In this document: in pieces, positions 57,435 to 64,000 of the stretch
How positions within the stretch are numbered: position 1 is the first letter of the stretch
How the letters are laid out: each line of letters opens with the position of its first letter
Virus record (IMG/VR): IMGVR_UViG_3300046530_000052
Span: 1-64,000 of that record
DNA from: an uncultured virus (IMG/VR IMGVR_UViG_3300046530_000052)
Taxonomy: Duplodnaviria > Heunggongvirae > Uroviricota > Caudoviricetes
Length of the DNA stretch: 64,000 bases
Strand: one strand, 5' to 3'
Notes under the pieces: generated by a model
Seen by the model: the letters and a program-made list of their open reading frames with translations, nothing else
Told to the model about the DNA's origin: nothing
The model's database searches: none
Position numbers and translations under genes: made by a program

Positions 57435-57950
57435 ATGACTACTGTAGCTTGGGATGGTAAATTGTTGGTAGCTGACTCACAGTCCACTGTTAACGGGCTG
57501 GCTACACTTAGTGTCTCTACAAAGATCTTCCTTCCCCCTGAAGGGGTTCTTACTAAATGGACGATCCAAGGAGAGTCGGTCGCGGCAATTGGTCTAGCGG
57601 GTTGTGCCATGGCACAATATACCTTTACGGACATGCTTGCGGAGGGGCTTACCCACCGTAGTCCAGTCCCTAAAGAATCCAGCTCCTTTGCCGCGTTGGT
57701 CATTACCCATACCGGTAAATGCTTCCGGTTTAACTATCGGAAGAAAGATGGCGAGGGTCCAAGCGTCCAATTGAGTTTTTCAAACGGCAAGGACGCAATC
57801 GGTAGTGGGGGTAGTTTTGCCAATGCTGTGATGAGTATCAATATCGACGCTGGTTTGGCAGTACAGGCGGCTATCAATGTTGATCCTAGCAGCGGTGGTT
57901 CGCTTCAAATCTGGAACTCTGCTGAGCCAGGTGTTATTTCCATTCGTTGA
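57435..57950 (+). CDS. Proteasome-beta/HslV-like Ntn hydrolase, copy 2 (171 aa)
   Basis: AGGAG RBS; M-T1-TVAWDG..VADS, STKI, AIGLAG, AIGSGG, DPSSGG. Confidence 0.75.
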   Translation: MTTVAWDGKLLVADSQSTVNGLATLSVSTKIFLPPEGVLTKWTIQGESVAAIGLAGCAMAQYTFTDMLAEGLTHRSPVPKESSSFAALVITHTGKCFRFNYRKKDGEGPSVQLSFSNGKDAIGSGGSFANAVMSINIDAGLAVQAAINVDPSSGGSLQIWNSAEPGVISIR

Positions 57951-57964
57951 GGTTAAGGGTAATT

Positions 57965-58558
57965 ATGACAACAGTAGCGTGGGACGGTAATACCTTAGCA
58001 GCAGATACTCTTTACGTGGCCGGTACTCGTAAGCTGGGAGGGGATTATGAAAAGATCCTGCTTCCGGAAGATACTCCATGGACAGTTAACGGTAAACCCA
58101 TTCTGGCAGTTGGCTTCAGTGGGTCGATTGCGACTATCCCATGCATCAAGAAAGTTCTGGAAGCTGACGCAGTACCCGGGGTTGATCCAGCATGTGGAGA
58201 TTACAGCTTCACGATCTTGTTGGTAACCGATAAGAAAGAAGTTTACTACTGGAACTACGGCTCCACTGCTAAAGGCGAAGTGATTAACGAGCTCTTCGCT
58301 GTGGAAGGTAATCACGCTATTGGTAGCGGCGGGATTTACGGTCTAGGGGTCATGGCCATTAAAGGCGATGCAATCAACGCAGTGAAAGCCGGTATCAAAA
58401 TCGATGTCAACAGCGGCGGTTACATTGACGTGTGGTCTTTCGAGACTCCTCGTCTGCTGACACGGATTAACCCCAAGGGCGGTGAAATCATCTCTGCCAA
58501 ACAAAACACACCTGCTCCCGAAAAGAGCAAAGCTATCTTATGCGCCGTGAACGGCTGA
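57965..58558 (+). CDS. Proteasome-beta/HslV-like Ntn hydrolase, copy 3 (197 aa)
   Basis: M-T1-TVAWDG..AADT, YEKI, AVGFSG, AIGSGG, DVNSGG. Confidence 0.75.
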   Translation: MTTVAWDGNTLAADTLYVAGTRKLGGDYEKILLPEDTPWTVNGKPILAVGFSGSIATIPCIKKVLEADAVPGVDPACGDYSFTILLVTDKKEVYYWNYGSTAKGEVINELFAVEGNHAIGSGGIYGLGVMAIKGDAINAVKAGIKIDVNSGGYIDVWSFETPRLLTRINPKGGEIISAKQNTPAPEKSKAILCAVNG

Positions 58559-58670
58559 GTTAGCCATCGCTCCATCGAGATCGTGGTGGGTTATGGGAGG
58601 TTAGACACCACACCCCCTCTTTACAGACTATTCTCTATCTGGTCTGTGAGGGTTGCCTACAAAACTTCCC

Positions 58671-58730
58671 CCCTCTCCCCCTACTCCTTCGGGGGTGGGG
58701 GTTAGGGGGTTATATTTTTATTTCATTTTT
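58671..58730 (+). terminator. Intrinsic terminator
   Basis: C-rich/G-rich stem with a C-TTCG-G loop followed by a T-rich tract. Confidence 0.7.
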
Positions 58731-58917
58731 TGTAACTGGGACCAGATACTATGTCCCCAGTACTGATTAGTGTGTCATGGCTCTCGTCAGTGCAAGGGGT
58801 GTTGCAAACCAATGTGATCTCCCCACACTCCATTTTGGAGGCCTGGCGATGCCCTATGTGGCGTAGGCATTGCCGGGTAACTTTTTTATTTGCAATTTGG
58901 GCTGAAATATTTCGGCT

Positions 58918-58929
58918 CTATATTACTAG
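58918..58929 (+). promoter_or_regulatory. Putative phage early promoter (CTATATTACTAG) for phuZ
   Basis: Repeated motif about 70 nt upstream of the tubulin gene. Confidence 0.65.
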
Positions 58930-58995
58930 GTTGTAGAGCAAATAGAGAATGCTTTATAACCTATTTTTGTAACGTCAACTCAAGAGTGATTAATA

Positions 58996-59961
58996 ATGTC
59001 TGATTCTACCGATCTGAAAATCTGGGCTTGCGGTGGTACTGGTATCAACGTTTCGGCCGAAGCCAAAGCCAAGCCTCTGACTCAAGCAATCAAAGATGCA
59101 CACGTGATCGGCCTGGACAGCTCTGACGCCAACGACAGCTCTGACCTGTTCGAAATCCACCGCATCGCAGGTCTGCAAGGCGCCGGCAAAGACGCCAACA
59201 AAATCATGGACAAAGTCCGTCCGTTCGTGAAGGCTCTCGTTGCCAGCGAAAAACCTGGTAACCACAACATCGTCGTCGTGAACATCTCCGGTGGTACCGG
59301 TCGTGGTATGGCGTTCCAACTGGTGCGCGAACTGATCGAGAAAGAAGCGATCGTTATCCTGGCAATGATCTCGGACTTCACCTCGGTCACCGAGAAAGAA
59401 AACTCGGTCAAACAGCGCACTGCTCTGGTGAACATGATCAACCAGCTCGGCAAGCCGATCTGCTTCATGGAGTTCACCGAAGACGCTGACAAAACTCGCG
59501 GTGAAGTGAACGCGGAAGTTATCCAAGGCATTGCTCTGGCCTCGGTGTTCCTGAGCAAGTACAAGTCGGAAATGGAAGTCTCCGACCTGACCAACCTGTT
59601 CAACTACTCCTACGACAACAAGGTTCCGCCGGCGCTGAGTCGTATCCAGTTCTACGACGAAGTCACTTCCAAGGAATACAACGGCCCGACTCCTGTAGCG
59701 GTTGGTAGTTTGTTCATCGACAACGCTTCGGTTCGCCAAGTGTTCCCTGGAACGGTTTACCGTAGTACCGGTATTCTGAACAAGAAGAACAACCCGCCTG
59801 GCGATCTGAAAGAACTGCACCTGACTCTCGACCACGGTGAAGCGTACGCTGCACTGCAAGAAGAGATCAAGGCGCTGGCCGACGACAAAGCCCAACTGGC
59901 TGCCCGCTTCGTGTCCCAGAAAGACATGAGTGCCGGTGCTGCTGATGACGGCTTCTGCTAA
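58996..59961 (+). CDS. phuZ: PhuZ phage tubulin (321 aa)
   Basis: WACGGTGIN, GLDSS, GAGKD, tubulin signature SGGTG, acidic C-terminal tail ADDGF. Confidence 0.9.
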   Translation: MSDSTDLKIWACGGTGINVSAEAKAKPLTQAIKDAHVIGLDSSDANDSSDLFEIHRIAGLQGAGKDANKIMDKVRPFVKALVASEKPGNHNIVVVNISGGTGRGMAFQLVRELIEKEAIVILAMISDFTSVTEKENSVKQRTALVNMINQLGKPICFMEFTEDADKTRGEVNAEVIQGIALASVFLSKYKSEMEVSDLTNLFNYSYDNKVPPALSRIQFYDEVTSKEYNGPTPVAVGSLFIDNASVRQVFPGTVYRSTGILNKKNNPPGDLKELHLTLDHGEAYAALQEEIKALADDKAQLAARFVSQKDMSAGAADDGFC

Positions 59962-59978
59962 GTAGCAGACGGTAAATA

Positions 59979-60010
59979 CCTTAGTTAGGAGCGCGCGCTC
60001 CTAACTAAGG
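59979..60010 (+). terminator. 32-bp perfect palindrome terminator
   Basis: CCTTAGTTAGGAGCGC|GCGCTCCTAACTAAGG after phuZ. Confidence 0.75.
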
Positions 60011-60042
60011 GTTTATTATGCAAAACTGTATTTTTACTGGGC

Positions 60043-60054
60043 TTACATTACTAT
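60043..60054 (+). promoter_or_regulatory. Putative phage early promoter (TTACATTACTAT)
   Basis: Variant of the repeated motif upstream of the next operon. Confidence 0.55.
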
Positions 60055-60088
60055 AGTGGGTTGTGTATTTGAAAATGAGGGCTTAAAC

Positions 60089-60382
60089 GTGTCTAAGAGC
60101 TTCTGTATTGATTTGAATCACTATCAGTTGACCCGGACCATAGGTAACGGAGGAAAGACGCTTAGAACGGCTGTAGATCGATCCGATCTCATTAACTGTT
60201 TAGAAGGCCTCGGTTACAATAGACTTGCTGAAGTGTCTTTCGGCAATGGTCGGTTTGGTTCTATCCCTGATTTTGAAGATGTGTTGCTTAAGCAGACATT
60301 AGGTATTCCTACCTCTGCTAACGTGGAAGTTAACCGAATAGGGACAGCGGGTAACATCTATTATCTTTCCTTCACTTATTGA
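60089..60382 (+). CDS. Hypothetical protein
   Basis: GAGG RBS before GTG 60089. Confidence 0.6.
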   Translation: MSKSFCIDLNHYQLTRTIGNGGKTLRTAVDRSDLINCLEGLGYNRLAEVSFGNGRFGSIPDFEDVLLKQTLGIPTSANVEVNRIGTAGNIYYLSFTY

Positions 60383-60391
60383 GACAACCTG

Positions 60392-60967
60392 ATGATTCTT
60401 TTTAACGTGTTTGAATTGGCCAAAGATCTTTTCTTCGAAGAGAAGGTCGAAGCTTCAGTACGACAGGTACTGGCTAAGGATATGGTTGACTCAGCCGTAG
60501 AGATCTTTAATTACCCCCATCTCGAGAATGCCGAGATCTGCAAGTTCCTGGAAGAATGGGAATCTGCTTACGGGGTGATGAACATCGAAAAGGTTATGGT
60601 TGGGTTAGTCAACACCATCCGTAAAAATGTCAGAAGATCTGGTTGGGATCGCCGTTGCTTAGCTAAAGTGGAATATCAAGGTGACGGTCGTGGGTTCTTA
60701 ATGGCTCGTGTGGTAATGGACTTGGATGAAACCATGGCCAAGATGCTAGCGAGTATCCCTGCTGTGGATAACTCTGAACCAGTCGCAGAAGCGGTATCTG
60801 ACCATCCTGATCCGGATATGTTAAATGAACTCAACAAAACGGCTGAAAAACAGACCCGCCGGAATCTACAGGTACTATCAGGTAGTGTTGCTCCCAACCT
60901 ACGATCAGATTCGCCAAAAGGTTGGCGGAGTGTGCAACGGGGAGATACGGGGAACTGGGGCGTATAA
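60392..60967 (+). CDS. Conserved hypothetical protein (191 aa)
   Basis: ORF in the operon between phuZ and the DNA polymerase. Confidence 0.65.
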   Translation: MILFNVFELAKDLFFEEKVEASVRQVLAKDMVDSAVEIFNYPHLENAEICKFLEEWESAYGVMNIEKVMVGLVNTIRKNVRRSGWDRRCLAKVEYQGDGRGFLMARVVMDLDETMAKMLASIPAVDNSEPVAEAVSDHPDPDMLNELNKTAEKQTRRNLQVLSGSVAPNLRSDSPKGWRSVQRGDTGNWGV

Positions 60968-61241
60968 CGAAGTAGCTCAAGGAGTCTTCCAGATTGCTCT
61001 TGACCGGTTTGCGATGGTTAATAGAGGACTGGACATGGAGAGCTTAGCGTTCGGTACCGGCAGAGCGCGTTACCACATCAAGGATGAGGATCTGGAGAAT
61101 CTGGTTGAGGATGCCTATTACCAAATAGGGGTACCGATCTTTAACTTGTTGGCGAACACGTCGTTTAAGAAACCGTTCATGTTTTGGTTGTTCCCCAACT
61201 TCCATTTGGTAGTAGCAATTAACGCGCAGGATTTCCGATGA
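60825..61241 (+). CDS. Hypothetical protein (start uncertain)
   Basis: Stop is ATGA-coupled to the next gene; 5' part overlaps the previous ORF. Confidence 0.55.
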   Translation: MNSTKRLKNRPAGIYRYYQVVLLPTYDQIRQKVGGVCNGEIRGTGAYNEVAQGVFQIALDRFAMVNRGLDMESLAFGTGRARYHIKDEDLENLVEDAYYQIGVPIFNLLANTSFKKPFMFWLFPNFHLVVAINAQDFR

Positions 61242-61570
61242 GTCAAGTCATCACGATTACGACTACTAACGTCCATAGAGCCTTTCAGAACAAAGGTTAT
61301 ACGGACGAAAAGATTTGCTCTATTTTAACTGGGCTAGTAAGTATTTGGAGGGTTAACGAAAATATTGAAGATATCACTAACAATGTGGTGATGTCTGAGC
61401 TTGAAGATGATGATCTGATGGCTGCGTTTTTGTGGAACTCGGTTAGCAAAGAGTTAATCGAGACCGGGCGGTATGTACGGGAACTTTCTTTGAAGCACAT
61501 GTTGGTACGTTGGTCGGTTGTTCCTTTCGCAATTATGTTGGAGTTTGAAGATGGACCCAAAACCACTTAA
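61238..61570 (+). CDS. Hypothetical protein (110 aa)
   Basis: AGGA RBS; ATGA coupling. Confidence 0.65.
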   Translation: MSQVITITTTNVHRAFQNKGYTDEKICSILTGLVSIWRVNENIEDITNNVVMSELEDDDLMAAFLWNSVSKELIETGRYVRELSLKHMLVRWSVVPFAIMLEFEDGPKTT

Positions 61571-61862
61571 GACGGTTAGTCATTTGGTAACCCTTGGTTA
61601 TTTGGCGGATGTACAGTACTGTTTGAACTTGTATGCGGCACTGTTCACTGGTATGGGTATCACTAACACCATTCTCCAAGTCCCCGCTGCTGGTCCTGCG
61701 CATCCTATCGAAACTGAAGCTACAAGGATCAACTCAGCATTCTTTAGAGACATGCAAACCTTTAAACAACTCACGATCAGTAAAGTCAACGTCCACGTTG
61801 TCAGTGCCACGGTCAACGGTTTCAATCTTCATTTCATGATCGGGTATAACGAACCCTACTAA
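61551..61862 (+). CDS. Hypothetical protein
   Basis: GGAG RBS before ATG 61551. Confidence 0.6.
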   Translation: MDPKPLKTVSHLVTLGYLADVQYCLNLYAALFTGMGITNTILQVPAAGPAHPIETEATRINSAFFRDMQTFKQLTISKVNVHVVSATVNGFNLHFMIGYNEPY

Positions 61863-61873
61863 GGTCCTTTTCC

Positions 61874-62239
61874 ATGACGCAACGGATCCTAAAGATAAAC
61901 TACACCCAAGTAGCAGCTCATTTGGGTGAACGGCTAGCTCGCTCGCAGGATCCAGACACCCCTCCGCACAACCTCACTTTTGGGTGTGTTCATGGAATCC
62001 TAACCAGCTTGTTCAACGATTACGAGGGAGAACTTAACTACCCCTTTGGGAAGGAACATCTTACTGAGGTCCCATACGGCACCATTGGTACCGAAGCTCA
62101 AGCCCTTACTGAAATCCTTTTTGCGGATCTTGGTTCGGACAGTTTCGACGACGTGGTGATTAGTAACACGCCTGGGGTTGTAACGTGGTATAAGGAGAAT
62201 CCCATCATGTTCCCCTTGGTACTCATCAAAGTAATTTGA
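61874..62239 (+). CDS. Hypothetical protein (121 aa)
   Basis: AAGG RBS; packed in the operon. Confidence 0.65.
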   Translation: MTQRILKINYTQVAAHLGERLARSQDPDTPPHNLTFGCVHGILTSLFNDYEGELNYPFGKEHLTEVPYGTIGTEAQALTEILFADLGSDSFDDVVISNTPGVVTWYKENPIMFPLVLIKVI

Positions 62240-62250
62240 AGGGGGTAGTA

Positions 62251-62664
62251 ATGATCAAACCATTAATGAACGACATCGTTGATTTCAAGTACGTGCAGTC
62301 TGGGATCATTGGCGACGAAGAACGGGGCTGCGTGATCATCGGTCCCGAGCTGAACTTCCAGGCTGCGCGCTTGATTGCTCCAGAAATTGTGGTCAAGCAC
62401 GCCAACATGTTCCCGTACTTCGGGGATAAGGTTAACCAGAACAACGACCCAGGCGCTTACAACTACTTCCTGATTCGTCGTCCTAATGACTCGGTTGAAG
62501 TCATCGGCTACCCTTGGGTGAACGAAGATACGTTCAAGACTGTCTCTGGTCGAGTGCGGATCTACAACCTCAGCAACTTCAGCGAGAAGATGGCGGGTCC
62601 TATCGCTAAGCTGTTTGCTGACTTGGGAATCTCCTACACTCAGAACGATGTCGACACCCAGTGA
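62251..62664 (+). CDS. Conserved jumbo-phage protein upstream of the DNA polymerase
   Basis: GGGGG RBS; C-terminal IGYPWVNEDT motif; synteny. Confidence 0.65.
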   Translation: MIKPLMNDIVDFKYVQSGIIGDEERGCVIIGPELNFQAARLIAPEIVVKHANMFPYFGDKVNQNNDPGAYNYFLIRRPNDSVEVIGYPWVNEDTFKTVSGRVRIYNLSNFSEKMAGPIAKLFADLGISYTQNDVDTQ

Positions 62665-62677
62665 AAGTTTTCAAAAA

Positions 62678-62723
62678 CCACACCTCCTATTAGTTAGGGG
62701 GTGTGGGTAACTTTTTTATTTGC
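62678..62723 (+). terminator. Intrinsic terminator
   Basis: CCACACCTCCTA/TAGGGGGTGTGG stem followed by GTAACTTTTTTATTT. Confidence 0.7.
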
Positions 62724-62771
62724 CTCTTTATTTTTTCTTTAATCACTTAACACGCACGAGAGCATTGGACC

Positions 62772-64000
62772 ATGGGTGTACCTGCTAAAGTAGACGGTGG
62801 TGTAACCATCGCTGTATCACCCTTCATGGACAAGAATTACGAAACCAACCGAAATTTCCTGAAACCTTACCACTATCAAGCCGCTAACTTCCTGTCGATC
62901 GTTTACAACTACGATTACGACCATTTGCTAGAACTGATGCGGGTAGTGTTCGTACCTGCTGAGAATGGCTTTAAAGAAGCTAAGTTCAAGATCTTCAAGA
63001 AGAACAAACACGGTGACCGGGTCGTAGAAGTTGTATACACCCGTGAGTTCTTCAATTACGTTAGACAAAAGAATTACCACTTATCTCCGTCGCTGGTAGC
63101 GTATACCCATACCGACGAAGAACAGTCCGTTAACTCGATCGCAACTGAAACCTTCATTGACTTCCGTCGTTTCTACAAAGGTAAGTTACACGAAGCCAAA
63201 GAAGTAGGTGATTCCGAAGCGGCCAAAGCGTTCCACGAGATCCAGAACGCCTTGAAGATCTTCAACAACGCCCAGTCGGGTGCAATGTCGTCTTCGGGTA
63301 CTCCGCTATTCAACCACTCTGGTCATACCACTCTGACCAGTATCTGCCGTTCCCTGACTTCGACTGCAAACTTGATTAACGAACGATTGATTACCGGTAA
63401 CCGGTTACTGTTGTCGTACAACAAGACCATTGAAGGCTTCTTGGCTCAGTTGCAGTTCTCTGACCATCACCTCATTGAGGAAGTGATTAAAGAACACGGT
63501 ATGAAGTACGCGACTGTTGACCAAGTCATGGACATGGTTCGTCGTTGCGCTAACTACTACTTCAGCAGCAAGTCTAAGCTGGCGAAAATTCATCGTTTCG
63601 TTGAGTTGTTGACTGGTCTGGAACGTACCATCCTGCTGTGCGTGATGGACATTCGTGGTCTGTACACGACTAACCCGAAAGTCATGACCCAGTTCTTTGC
63701 TGAGTGGTGTGCGGTTCCTGAGATTCCAGAAGGCGCTGAGCCTGACGACTTCCTCAAGCCAACCAACGGGGACTACAAGATCCTCTGCTTGACCAAGCTG
63801 GGCCGTGACCCAAGCAAGTTGGCAATGAACCACCTGAACCAGTACCACGTGAGTTTGGAAGCCAAGTGGTCCAAGTTCATCATGGCATTCTTCCGTTCTC
63901 GTATCCCACCGACTGGGATTTACGATGTAAAAGAGATCGTTCGTGAAAGCGTAATGACCTCCGACACTGACTCCGTGATCTACAGTGTTGACATGGTAAT
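62772..64000 (+). CDS. Family B DNA polymerase, polymerase subunit (phiKZ gp050-like); truncated by the window end and absent from the ORF track
   Basis: ORF from ATG 62772 (MGVPAKVDGG...) with motif B QNALKIFNNAQSG and in-frame motif C SDTDS near 63960. Confidence 0.85.
   Translation, partial: MGVPAKVDGGVTIAVSPFMDKNYETNRNFLKPYHYQAANFLSIVYNYDYDHLLELMRVVFVPAENGFKEAKFKIFKKNKHGDRVVEVVYTREFFNYVRQKNYHLSPSLVAYTHTDEEQSVNSIATETFIDFRRFYKGKLHEAKEVGDSEAAKAFHEIQNALKIFNNAQSGAMSSSGTPLFNHSGHTTLTSICRSLTSTANLINERLITGNRLLLSYNKTIEGFLAQLQFSDHHLIEEVIKEHGMKYATVDQVMDMVRRCANYYFSSKSKLAKIHRFVELLTGLERTILLCVMDIRGLYTTNPKVMTQFFAEWCAVPEIPEGAEPDDFLKPTNGDYKILCLTKLGRDPSKLAMNHLNQYHVSLEAKWSKFIMAFFRSRIPPTGIYDVKEIVRESVMTSDTDSVIYSVDMV

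Noticed and set aside
58751..58936. 61-aa ORF upstream of phuZ
   Set aside because: No clear RBS, atypical composition, and it runs through a terminator and the promoter motif
151..63848. Many long antisense ORFs (e.g. 151..1206, 2404..3573, 18908..20803, 28820..30466, 40666..42876, 44934..46460, 46496..48247, 58990..59895)
   Set aside because: They mirror real genes on the opposite strand, lack RBSs or motifs, and are explained by the strong codon bias of the sense genes
1..64000. CRISPR array, rRNA, tRNA, transposase, integrase, group I intron
   Set aside because: No repeat-spacer array, RNA-gene signature or relevant protein motif seen; the RNAP genes are uninterrupted

Overview
This 64 kb window comes from a phiKZ-related jumbo myophage (Chimalliviridae-type). 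Gene order resembles Pseudomonas phages EL/OBP, recalled from memory rather than established by a search. The conserved core includes: a UvsX/RecA-like recombinase; three virion RNA polymerase subunits (beta C-part, beta' with DxDGD, large beta); a 2682-aa tape-measure-like protein with GH19 and M15-type peptidase domains; a modular endolysin; prohead protease; tail tube and sheath; large terminase with a class 3 intein; PhuZ tubulin; and the start of a split family-B DNA polymerase running off the right edge. Accessory blocks are a NUDIX-like pair plus thymidylate kinase, a paralog pair and a secreted protein at about 32-39.6 kb, and three tandem proteasome-beta/HslV-like Ntn-hydrolase genes at 56.5-58.6 kb. 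The best candidates for something undescribed are: (i) the triple Ntn-hydrolase operon; (ii) a 61-nt hairpin at 56148-56208 whose only mismatches are G.A-type motifs, closed by a GAA triloop and lying beside an AT-rich tract (candidate ssDNA origin/packaging signal); (iii) two structured non-coding elements at 32792-32862 and 58733-58893. No tRNA, rRNA or CRISPR array was seen. Product calls rest on motif recognition and synteny only; no searches were run.
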